Source of the DNA: the human T2T-CHM13v2.0 reference genome, Homo sapiens
Strand: one strand, 5' to 3'
Length of the DNA stretch: 64,000 nucleotides
NCBI RefSeq assembly: GCF_009914755.1
Contig: NC_060936.1
Shown here piece after piece: positions 12,315-27,330 of this stretch. A program made the translations under genes and the position numbers. The notes beneath the pieces were generated by a model that saw only the letters and a list, made by a program, of their open reading frames with translations, was not told where the DNA came from and made no database searches. Position 1 is the stretch's first letter; each line of letters starts with the position of its first letter.

Positions 12315-14754
12315 AAGAAAAAAAATATTTTTAAAGTGGAAAAAGACAAAAAATAAACTTGTATTTTGATCACAGCCCATGTATCTTGCATTCACTATTC
12401 AGATTCCATCTCTGCATATTTTAGTTGGTTATTTCTGTTCTTGATGTTTTGATTACAAGTGATTCCATGAATTTTGTGTTTTAGTGTGCTGTGTCTCCCA
12501 TAAGACTTTTAGGCCACTGTTTTTTTTCTTCCCTTCCCTCCTGATTCCAGTTCCGCTCTCAAGAAGTGCTCATTAGATGATGTTGATCAACAGTATGACG
12601 AATGTTCCTATTTTCAGACCTTGGCATAAACTTGATCTGGAAATTTGATAATGATGTTTTGCCTGTAATGATTGCTGCTATCACTGTTCAGCAGTATTAG
12701 TATCCAGACTCTGCGGGTACGGGGTATCCCAGTTTACAGACCTGGGTGTCTTGCCCTTTGAGTCTTGCCAGTACTGAATGGCCACAGGCTTTTGAGCAAC
12801 TCCTAATTGGAGTAAAAAACCTTTATTCACTTGGCTGGCTCCATACCCTTTCCTGATTTTGAGTGGATCTTTCAGAGTGACAGTGTGCTGGGGGAGAGGA
12901 ATTCTGCATTGCAAGCTTCTAAGTGGTAACATGAAGCATTTCACAACAGCTTTTAAAATCTCTGGCCAGAAATTATCAAATACTCCCCTGTCTTAAAGGC
13001 CCCATCCTTCTCTATCAGGGGTTGCCTGGCTAATGTTGATGGCAACGTTTCCCTGACACCCTTCCTAGAAAAAAGCAAGTTAAGTAAAAAGGGACCCCTT
13101 TCAAATAAGTTCTCCATCAACAAAGAAAAAGAAACAAACCAAAAGGGAGTTTGAGATACCCTAAGAGTGAAGGAAAGAGAGGGAATCAGTCAATGTTTAC
13201 AAAATAGGGTAAAAAAATAAGATCCAAGTGTCAGACTAGTTGGCTAGTTGGGAAAAAATAGCTTTCTTTCAATAATGGAATATTTTACTTTACTTTGAAT
13301 TTGTTCAATTTTTAGGACTATCACTTATAGCACATTCCTCATATTTAGAAATAATGTAATATTATGCAAACTTCATAAAGACCAAGATTCCAGTTCTGAT
13401 AGTAGCTCTAGTTACTTTACTTGTAAAAGTAAGTACTTTTATAAGTAAAAGTAAAATTACTTACTAAAGTAAGTAATACTTTACCTGAGTCTCAGTTGTA
13501 CAATGGGATGAGAGTATTAACACCTACTCCAAAAGTTAATTTCATAAAACCTAGACCACATTTGTGAAAAGTGGTTTTGTAAACTACATAAATGTTGACA
13601 TGTCATCTTTATATGATTTTATATTTGTTCAAGGAGGTTACCAAATATCTCATCCTCCCAGTTACATTGTGGCGCCTTTAAAAGAGCAGAGATTTAGATT
13701 TCTATACTCATCTCTTTTGTCATTGCACAGTTCTAAACACACAATAGTTATTTAATAAATACAATGGAATTGAACTAAAATGAACAGATCTCCCAAAAAT
13801 GGGAATAGTGGAGTGCCTCTATGTCCTAGTCCCTGACGTAGAAAAATTGAAAAGGAAGCTTTGGAACTAGAGCAAAGAAAAAGAAAGTTCAGAGGAAACA
13901 TAATGTAAGTCTCATGAAACCTTTCATATGCTTAAACCTTGTACTAGAGAAAGTAATTCAGCAAAGAAAAGAACAGTATTAATGTGCAGCAGGGATACTC
14001 TCCCAAGACATGCCATCAGGATTAAACAAGGACTTCTTTCAGAAACTGCTCAGAGGCAGACATGCGCTCAATAGCCAAACTCTACTCTTTTTTTTTTTTC
14101 CTTTTAACTTTCCCCAGGGCTTGGGAAATTTTATGAATTATCTATTTTTTAAAAATTGGCTTTTAATCAATATTTTGTTATTATTTTTGGTCATATAGTC
14201 TACCAATATTTTCCACTATCAGAGCAATTATAAAACATTTTCAGTCTTCATAGAGAAAAATTGCCTGAAGGATTTTGAAAAAAAAAGTACAGTAAAAATA
14301 CAAATAACAATTTTAATGATAATACTGAAATTATATATATATATGATACTATTTTTCCAAGAATGTAGGCATTTATAGCTAAATTACCTAGCAAATCAAG
14401 ACTGAAGGGGACAAACTGGTAGGAGAGTTAATGTCGTCCAGGGGAGGGAAATTACAGAGGAAATGACTACTTGCTTGGTACAATTGGGTGGTCCAGATTA
14501 ATCTGGAGAGTTCTATGAGCAAGACAAAGAGAAAAGAAAGGAAAAGAAAAAAGATCTGGTTCTCTGAATCCATTTGAGAAGCAAATTACAATCAATGTCA
14601 GAATTTTCTGCTCACCTGGGTCTATGCTATTTCTAATGGGAGTGTGTCTCCCCCTGGAGGGCAAGTAGAGCATTTGCTCCTTCTTGCTTCTTGCCCAAAG
14701 TTGAATGATTCGTTCTTGGTTCATTCATTGAGTCTTTGATTATATCATTAATTG

Positions 14755-15938
14755 GTTGATTGATTAATTCACCCATTAATTCAACAAATACTTATTAAGT
14801 TCTGTCACTGTGCTGTTTGTTGTGATAGACACTAAAGATCCAGCCAGCTAAGATCAAGAGAAATATGGTCCTGATCACTAGGAAAATTACAGTTTGATGT
14901 GAGAAACAAATATTAGATAGTCACCTGTATGCCTAAATAGTCACAATAGTGATGACTTCTGTAAAGGAAAAGTGCAATGGACTGACTATTTATGTCATCT
15001 CAAAGTTCATATGTTGAAATCCTAACCACCCCCCAAGGTGACAGTATTAAGAGGTGGGGCCTTCATGAAGGAGGTTATTAGGTCATAGGAGCACAGTCCT
15101 CGTGATGAGACTAGTGCCCTTCTAAAAGAGGGAACTTTGCCCCTTCCACCATATGAGGACACAGTGAGAAAGTTCTATCTATGAGCAAGTGGGGCCTCAC
15201 CAGACACCAACATCTGGGATTTCTTGGACTTCCCAGCCTCCAGAGCTGTGAGAAATAAATTTCTGTTGTTTACAAGACACCCAGTTTACAGTACTTTTGT
15301 TATAGTGCCCAAATAAACAAAGAGAAATAGTAGAGAGGGTAATAGGATGATTCAGTAGAGGACCTAATTCAGGCTGGGAGGTCAAGAAAAGCTTCCCTGA
15401 GCATAGACCTGGAAGATGGGTGGAAACAACCAGGTCAAAGGTGTGGAGGTGTGGGGAGGGGGCCTCCCAGCCAATGGAGCAGGGTCAGGGTATTCAAAGA
15501 CCCTAAGGAGGAAAGAGCTTAGGAACCTGGAAGACAAGGAAGAGGCCAGAATGAGAAGACAAGAAGCTGGAAAGGTAGGGAGGCTCCAGATCAGGTGCGG
15601 TCTTGGGGGACATGTTAAGGATTCTGAACTGTATCCCAAAAGAACAAGAAGCCTATCAACAGGTTTTATTCAAGTGACATGACCACATGTGTGTTTTTAA
15701 AGGACCACTTTGACTTTTTAAAGAAGAATGGATTATAGTGGAGCCAAGGCAAGGATTAAAATAGAGAAAACAGCAGCCTAAGTGATCTGGACAAAAAGTC
15801 AAGCAGGCTTAGATTTGAGTGGTGGCCATAGAAAGGGAGAGAAGGGGGTGAATTTGAAATATTTTAGTGTTAGGACTGATAGAACTTGGTGATTGGTTAC
15901 AAGTTGGAGAAGGGTATTGTGGTCAAGAATGACTCCTA
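14755..15938 (-). mobile_element. L2 remnant interrupted by a MaLR LTR
   Basis: TTCAACAAATACTTATTAAG 3'-end motif at ~14780; typical L2 purine-rich body to ~15938. Confidence 0.65.
14972..15325 (+). mobile_element. ERVL-MaLR solo LTR (MLT1A/MST-like)
   Basis: TTCATATGTTGAAATCCTAACC...GACTTCCCAGCCTCCAGAGCTGTGAGAAATAAATTTCTGTTGTTT hallmark. Confidence 0.88.
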
Positions 15939-16578
<640 letters not shown>

Positions 16579-18040
16579 TGATATTCTTTGAAGACCCCTT
16601 ATCCCAATTCAAAAATTTTTAATGACATAAATATAGCATTGAAACCAAAACCTAATAAAGATTATACAAAAGAGATAATTACAAACCAATATCATTTATG
16701 AATATCATAGGCAGAAATGCTTAAAAAAATTAGCAAATTGAATTAGACAGCACAGTATGTCATGACAAAGTAGAAACTGTTTTGGGAAGGTAAAGATGGT
16801 CCAATGTTAGGAAATTCATTAATATAATTAATATAATTATATCTAAGAAGGAAAGTCCTGTAATTATCTTCCTAGGTGCTGAAAAAGCATTTGAAAAAAT
16901 TAAAGTTGAATTTCCTATAAAAGTAAGTTACAAAAGAAGAATGGGAGATAATTTTCTTAACATCATACAGCATCTTGTTTATCATCATCTTACTATTTTC
17001 ATAGGAAAACACTGGAGGCATTCCTGTTAATGTCTGAAACAAGACAAGGATACCCACCATTACTGTAACATTAACACGATGTTGGAGGTATTTGCCAATG
17101 CATTTTTACAAAAGAAACCTATTGGATGTGTGAAAACTGTTGATGATATAGGTATACCTAGATAACAAAAGCAAATCAATGAATAAACTACACAAACAAA
17201 AAGATGAATCTATATGGTAGCAGAATATAAAAGCTATATACAGAAGTCAACAGGCTTCACACGTAAGATACAAGGATGAACCAGTTAGAAAATAATATGG
17301 AATCAAGAGCCAATTGGTAATAGTGACCACAATTACAAAACTCCTAGGTATAAAGGTAAAAGAAATATGTAAAGCCTATGAGGAAAACTATTAATATAAT
17401 AGCTTCAGAGACATAAAACAGACCTGAAAAAAATGAAAGACATTCTAAGTGAATTTGTAAATTTAACATTATTCCAATAAAAAAGCCAAGGGTTTTTTTG
17501 TTTCACTTTGTTTTTTAGTTATACAAATTGATTCTTAAGTTCATATGGAAGAAATAACAAGAATATCCAAGAAAGTCCTGAAAAGAAGAGCAATGAGGAG
17601 GGGCCAGTCTTATCGGACATTTAAGATATTACAAAACCTTCATAATCAAACTAGTATAAAATTGGTGCATATAGACAGACACACTAATGGAACATAGTAG
17701 AAAGTCTAGGCATCAATCTAAGTACATATAAAAATTTAATGTATGTTAGACATTATAAAACAATGTGAAAAATGGACTTTAAAAATATATGCTGTTGAGA
17801 CAACTGGGTACCATGTGGAAGAAGGTAACATTGGATCCATAGCTTATACTGCACATCCAAGAAAAACTCCACGTGGCTTCGTTAGCTAAACATGACTACA
17901 TGGAAACTCTTCAAGTCTAGAAGAAGGCACGTGTAGATTTCTGTGTAAACTACCCATGCATCCCTGGGAATAGCGGGCAAAGCATTCCTATGTCTCAAAA
18001 CCCAGAATCAATAAAAGACTAGTCAATTCTATTACATATA

Positions 18041-19082
18041 TATGTATATATATATGTTATTTTACCTTTATTTCCTTCACTTTAAGCCAATCATGAAATT
18101 TCACAGTGATTTTTGGGGTGGAGGGGGTGGGCGGCGGTGTTAAGAATCATCGGGGCTGTGGCTCAATTGGCCCGCGGAGGTGCAGGCAGAGTGGGCAGGC
18201 CCTCACTGGAGCAGCCGGAGGAGCACGGTCTGCCCCGCCAGCAGGTAGATCATGCTCCGAGAGCATGAGAGCTGTTACGCGATGTCCTCCGCAGCTTCCA
18301 GCTTGGGCAACTCAGGCCGTCTCCTGCAGTGGCCAGTGAGTTGGCAATCAGCTCGGCTGCTTTGGAGTCGCCCTCAGCAGAGATGATGGCTGCCTTTTTC
18401 TGCTGCTCAGCCGTTTCCACCACAGATCTGGCCCTCTCTGCTTCCTGCTGAGCCACCTGTTTGGCTTATAACGCTTCTGTGAATTCCTTCCCGAAGGTCA
18501 GATGTGTCAAGGACACGTCGTCCAGGATGAGCCCTAAGGTGGCTGCTCGCTCCGTAAGGTCGTTGTTCACCTGCCTGGAGACCAACTCTCTCTGGGTGAT
18601 TACTTCTCCAGCATCGAAGCTAGCCACCACTGACTTGAGGACCTTGGTCGTGGTGGACGTCAGCACACGCTCATCATAGTCGTCTCCGATGCTGAAGATG
18701 CGAGGAAGCTGGCTAACGATGGGCCGGAAGATGATGCGCAGTGTGATGTTGACATTCTGTAAATCTTTGCTACCAGTGATGACTGGTACATTACGAGGTG
18801 GAGAATGGCAGTCAAAGATAATTGGTTTCTGTACCCATGGGATGAGAAAGTGAGTCCCTTCCCCCACCACAATGTCCTGTACTCCACGGAATCGGTCAAA
18901 GATGACAGCTCTGCCGCCCAGCATACACATTATATAAGGCGGAGTTCACCACGCCTCCTGCAACAGCAAAGGCCGGGCCAAACTTGCCGATGGACTCAAA
19001 CACTTTGGCTGCCATGTTTTCTTCTGCTGGACCCTCTCACACCTGCTTCCACTCTGATCTACACATGAATTCCCCAGCCACC
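18041..19082 (-). pseudogene. Processed pseudogene of PHB1 (prohibitin 1)
   Basis: 5'UTR, then ATG at 19015 ([13 protein letters not shown]..), [68 protein letters not shown], stop at 18205-18203; intronless. Lesions: +1 frameshift ~18915, premature TAA 18468-18466, frameshift ~18310. AATAAA at 18072-18067; TSD CAATTCTATTA(C/T)ATA at 18024 and 19083. Possibly PHB1P18 (unverified recall). Confidence 0.96.
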
Positions 19083-19614
19083 CAATTCTATTATATATTG
19101 TTTTTTTAAAAATGTATAGCCCAAATACCATAAGCAAAGCCAAAGACAAATGAGTCACTGGACAAAACAATCGCAATTTTTACAACAGAATAAAAAGTAA
19201 TCTCCCTAATTTACAGGAGCTCTGAGAAATAAAAAGACACAGATCCAGTAGAAAAATGAGCACAAGACATGAACAGATAGAAACAATTCATGCAAGTGGC
19301 CCTTAAAATAGTAAAACATGCACAACTCACTGAAAAAAGAAAGGCAAATTACATTACATTGAAACAGCATTTCTTATTATGTTGGCAAAAATTCAAAAGT
19401 TTGAGAGTACACTTTGTTGCTAAAACTCTAGGGAAAAGAGACACAGTGATATGCTACTGGTAGAAGTATAGAGTGATATAGTCCTTAAGGAAGGGAATTT
19501 AGTACAATCTAGCAAAATTACAAATGGATTAATCTGTCCTTTAACCCAGCAATGATATTTTTGGGGACTCTACACTAAAAGTACTTCTGTACAAATTTGA
19601 AATAATATATACAC

Positions 19615-19935
<321 letters not shown>

Positions 19936-20230
19936 TCATTGTGGTATTTTGAATGACACAAGTCTAGAAAATCCCCAAATATCCATCAATAGGGGAGCAG
20001 TTGAGTGGTTAAATAAACTGTAGTATATAGTGGAGTACTATGAACCCATAAACATGAGGAATATATGTATGTGTTGCTCTAGAATGATAGCCACAATATT
20101 TTATGAGAAGCTACTTTCGTGCAAAATGAAGCATTGGAAAGACAAAAGCAATAAAAGACTAGTAAATATAAAAGTAATAAAAATGGTTATCTACACAAGA
20201 GTAGGGAAGGAAATGGATGGAAATGGGAGA

Positions 20231-20533
<303 letters not shown>

Positions 20534-21409
20534 AATGGAAGGGAGATATGGCTGAGTATACCTTTTTATGTAGTTTCGACTTTAGAATCATGTAATCATT
20601 TAATATATTCAAAAATTAAGTTAAACCAAAAAGAGAAAAAAGAACAATCCCTAAAATTGAAACAAGTGAAATAAATAAAGCTAAGTGTTTATGAGGTTGG
20701 TAACATAACCAAAAAGAAAGATTTATTTCAAATGACTTTTAAACACAAGATTTTCTTTCCCTAGTGAAATATATTCTAGGAACAAAACAAACTACGAAGA
20801 ACTCTTAAGCTTCATTCTGTAATTTTATTGTTACTTCTAATAGTGGTATTATAAAACTATTTTATGTATTTTATAAGATAAAGCAAGTTTAGTGTAAGAA
20901 GCAATAAAAATGTGAAATCAAATAAGTTAAACATCTAGTGTTTACATAAAATCTGCCAGCTACAAGTGTTCTGAAGATGCCAGTAATCTCACTGAAGACT
21001 ATGGACAAGCTGAACAACTTGGATCTGTGGATGAATCTCTGAGCGGGAAAACACAAAAGACTGTTCTTCAGTGGACCAAGCAAGATGACTCCTCAGACAA
21101 CGTCTGTGAAGCTGATGTCATACGGCACCCTGATGCTGAATATATAGATCGTACCTTAATCCTGAGAATTACAGGTGCCAGATGCTTGGAAGATACGGGA
21201 TATCATGATCTATGAGGAAGACTTTCAAATTACAGACAAAAGACCTTTAAATATTTTGGCACTTCTATCAAGGGAAATGTGAGCAGAACATTTTTCACAG
21301 TTGGACAAAAGGACTCTGTATATAAAAAGAGCATTCTACAGACTTATATCTGGACTACATGTGAGCAAGAATGTGCATTTGAGTGCAAGATAGCATTTAT
21401 AAGGTACTT

Positions 21410-21792
<383 letters not shown>

Positions 21793-22022
21793 TCAGAGGT
21801 TTGATGGCATTTTGACTGAAGGGGAAGCTCCAAGAAGGCTCAAGAACTTGTATTTTCTCTGCTTAATAAAATTAAGGCCTTAATCTAAAATGCAACCACT
21901 CTCTGAGCATCCAGATTTTCAACTATTCATTGGAAATTAAGTTCAAGGTTCAGAAAACAAAAAGTTGCTTCTGGAAATATTTTAGGAAGTCAAATCATTT
22001 CTTTTGTATTTTGATGGAATTC

Positions 22023-22373
22023 TTTTTTTTTTTCTTTTTCTTTTTTTCTTTTTTCTTTCTTTCTTTTTTTTTTTTTTTTTTTTTTTTTTGAGACGAAGTC
22101 TCGCTCTGTCGCCCAGGCTGGAGTGCAGTGGCGCGATCTTGGCTCACTGCACGCTCTGCCTGCTGGGTTCACGCCATTCTCCTGCCTCAGCTTCCCGAGT
22201 AGCTGGGACTATACAGGCGCCTGCCACCACGTCCGCTAATTTTTTTTTATTTTTTAGTACAGACGGGGTTTCACCATGTTAGCCAGGATGGTCTCGATCT
22301 CCTGACCTCGTGATCCGCCCGCCTCAGCCTCCCAAAGTGCTGGGATTACAGGTGTGAGCCACCGCACCCGGCC
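22023..22373 (-). mobile_element. AluY inside the ERO1A pseudogene
   Basis: Long T-rich tail, AluY diagnostics; TSD ATGGAATTCTT. Confidence 0.93.
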
Positions 22374-23002
22374 AATGGAATTCTTATTTAAATTTTTTTG
22401 GCTTGAGATGGAAGAAACAGCAAAGTAACTAAAGACAGATTTTAGGCTGCATTATAGAAGTGTTTCAAAAAATAGGGATTGCGTTGGTTGGTTTAAATGT
22501 CAACTGTGGGGAAAGCTTCAGGCTCAGGATTTGGCACTGCTCTCAAGATCTTGTTTTCAGAGAAATTGATAGCAAATGTGCCAGAAAGTGGGCCCGGTTA
22601 GGAATCCCATCTAACCAGACAAAAAATAGTATTGCTTAATGCATTTGGAAGAATTTCCACAAGTGTGAAAGGATTGTAAAACATCAGGAACTTGTTGCAA
22701 ATTATTAATTTAAATATGATTTGAAATATGCCTGTTTCTAGACAATGAAGGCCAGGATTATCAAATTTTTAAATGAATAACATTTGAAGTATTCACAGAA
22801 AATGTATAGCAAATTATAGACTATGGAAGACAAGAATCAGGGAACTTGAAGACATAGAAGCTATTCAAAATGAAGCACAGAGAGAAAAGAAAAGATTGAA
22901 AAAGAAAGGACCAATGCAAAAGTGCTCTGTGTGGTATATCAAATATTTTAACATAATGCAATTGACATTTCAGAAGAGCCATGGGCTAAGAATGTATATT
23001 TA

Positions 23003-23649
<647 letters not shown>

Positions 23650-23739
23650 CTAACATTTTTCCAAATTTGAAAGCTCAATAAAATCCAGGCAGAATAAACA
23701 AAGAAAACCATTCCCATGCACATCATAACCAAGTTGCTA

Positions 23740-24111
<372 letters not shown>

Positions 24112-24123
24112 TTATATATACAG

Positions 24124-24344
24124 CAGGGATTGGTAAACTATGACCCCTGGGTCAAATCTAGATCACTTCTTATTTCTGCAAAAAAAAGTTTTAGTGGAAC
24201 ACAGCCATACACACTCATTTATGTATTTGCTATGGCTGTTTCTGTGTTACAGTGGCAGAGTTGGTAGTTGCAACAGAGACCGTATGGCTTCCAAAGCCTA
24301 AAAGATTTACTATATGGATGTTTATGAAAGGTTTGCCATCCCTG
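24124..24344 (+). mobile_element. hAT-Charlie DNA transposon (MER58A-like)
   Basis: TIRs CAGGGATTGGTAAAC / GTTTGCCATCCCTG; degenerate 8-bp TSD ATATACAG / ATGTAGAG; internal AAAGTTTTAGTGGAACACAGCCA. Confidence 0.85.
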
Positions 24345-24591
24345 ATGTAGAGGAATAAATAAAAAATGCCAACAGATTTCTTATAAAAGCTATGTAAAGT
24401 GAAAGACAAGATTGAGCCAGAATTTTTTCTACCTCGCAAAAATGTCTTTCAAAAATAAAGGTGAAATAAAGATTTTTTTTATACCAACAAAGGTGAAATG
24501 AAAAGTTCTTCAGGCAAAAGAAAAATAATAACAAAAATTTGATCAATATAAAAAGATAGAGTGTGAAAAGTAATAAATATAAGTAAAATAG

Positions 24592-24900
<309 letters not shown>

Positions 24901-27062
24901 TAATCTCTTGAAAAAAAAATAAATGACTATTTAAAGTAGAAATAATAAAAATCCGGTTGGGTGTTAGCATACGTAGAAGCAATATGTATGACAAAAACAA
25001 TAAAAAACATAAGGGAGAAACTGAAAGTAAATTGTTATAAGATTTTTACACTATCTAAAAGTAGACTATGATATGTTACAGGTGTATATTGTAAATCCTA
25101 GAGCTGCACTGTCCAATCTGCTAGCCTCTAGTCACATGTAGCAGAGGAATAGTCTTCCAGGCAGGAGATCGCAAGGGCCTGAGTATGGCATTGCTTGGGG
25201 AAATAGGGAGAAGAAAATGGATTAGAGAAGCATCTGAGGGTATTAAGAGACTGTGGTAATCTTTCTATTGTGAAAAACATGCAATCATTTCAGAATTCAT
25301 TCAACTTTTGGTTTGGAGTTAAAATGTGGGAGGTAGAATTGCTGAAATAGCACAGAGCTGGTCTCAGGGATATGTAAAGCTGTTTTTTCCCAAGCTAAAC
25401 TCAGACAAGTAAGACTGTCTTCTGGTTTTCAAGGCTTCCTGGAGAGGAAATGCAGGCTCGTTCCTCTCTCACACATCCATCACTCTCAAGTTCTTTAAGA
25501 AATCTAACCTAAATGCTTTATCCTGCATCTTGACCTCACAGTGGAAGTAGGAATAATGCTAGTTTGTCTCAGAGTTACAAATCCTTTGAGAAATTCTTTC
25601 TAGCTTTTCCTTCTCTCACATCTGTTGACTATTTGCTTTCTTCCATTAGGTCTTAGGTCTCAAATTACAGCAGTAAGTTTCAAATTACATCATCTCCATC
25701 TCTTAGAATCTTTCTCCACCATCTCTCCTTTCTAGGAAGAGACTCTCCCCTAACACACTAGTTTAAGTCCACAAGTATGAAGCAGAGGAGCTTATGTCCC
25801 ACAGACCTCCCTGCAGTTTAAACTCAGTGATTTCAGTGTGAATAATGTGAAATTGTGAGCAGTTTATCATTTAATATACCTGGAGGTGTCTTGGATGATA
25901 CTCATTGTTCTAATGAGCAGCAAAACTACTAATGCCTTTGGTAAGAGGGAATTGGTTTTTAATAGTATAAGAAGCAGCTGGAAGCCCATGTGTGCTATGG
26001 TGATGGATGAACTGGGATGAATGAGAGATTGGATATGTGACTCAGGATCATCCTCTGAGGAGAATCTATCCCAGTTTAACTCATTTGATCCAGGCAATTA
26101 CCAGTAAACCTGACATACTGTTCCCTTCTGCGTCTTAGAGACACAGACAACACTGTGGAGAATAACAAGACCTTACCAAAAATGTCTCACTTAGGTTGTT
26201 TAGAGACTAACCTCAATTTCTGGAATATTATTTTTCTGATCCATGTTTGCTGTTTGGTTTTAATTTAGTTTTACTATCCTGGGAAGGCTGACCTTTATGT
26301 ATTTTTTGTTATATATTTGATCAATATGGGGAGTTTTTGTCTGGTTTGGTTTTAGAACAGAAGCAAGGAAAGGAGGCAGCAAGGGACAAGAAGGACTCAA
26401 TTTTATTACAGTAAAACATGTAACTCGGTGATAGCACTACCCTAAATCACCCTAGTCTACCAGTTTAGGAACACAAAGAGAAGACATACACAAGCTTTAA
26501 AGCATAGTAATCTCTATGTTCATAATGTCCCTTTCTCAGTTAGCTACTAATCTTACAACCAGAAACAGGGTACTTTTTCTGAGGCTGTCTCCACCAGAAT
26601 AAGAATATAAATCAGGAGTTCTCCTTAGCATGCAGTATGAAGATACAGGCTTGATATCATCCCATTCCCGGGTAATGCTGAGGGGAGCAGAGAGCGTGCA
26701 TTTCTTTGACCCTGAGTTCTGACAAAACTTGGCCCTGGTATCTTTGAGACTTCGATGGGGATAGTGGTGGAATATCCCAAGGGAGGTTAGAGGGGTGGTG
26801 ACAGCTCTCATTTCAAAGCTGCAAGCACTTTTCTATTTTGTAAGAAATAGAGACTTCCATTTGTCTCTGAAGTAAGTATTCCTTTGTTCAAGAAAGGCCA
26901 CCAACAGGGCCACTTAATAGTGTGACCATAAGCCATAGATTACCGAAGTAGATGGTTGAAACTGAAAAAGCTAAAATGTTCTCGAAGAAAAGGCAGAGTT
27001 GGAGCTTTGCAGACTACATGTCCTTAAGGGAGTTGTTTCTTTTTCTAGGTATGGATTTAGAC

Positions 27063-27330
27063 TTCATTCATTCATCTATTCAACACATATTTATTGAGCA
27101 TCTGCCATGTGCCAGGCACTATTCTAGGTGCTACAGATAAGGCAGTGAAGAAAACAAACCCCCTGCTCTAATGGATCTTACACCCTAGTTGGGAGTAAAA
27201 GATAAATAAATAAGACATAAAATAAATAAACAAAAATACAGGATAACAGATATTGATAACTGGTGTGGAGAAGAATAAAGCAAAGCAAAAGGATTAGAGT
27301 TCCAGCATGAAAGTGATCCTGGTGCTTTAA
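27063..27330 (-). mobile_element. L2 3' end fragment
   Basis: TTCATTCATTCATCTATTCAACACATATTTATTGAGCATCTGCCATGTGCCAGGCAC. Confidence 0.8.

Noticed and set aside
25867-26097. Hydrophobic minus-strand ORF considered as an OR or other GPCR fragment
   Set aside because: No OR motifs recognisable in it.
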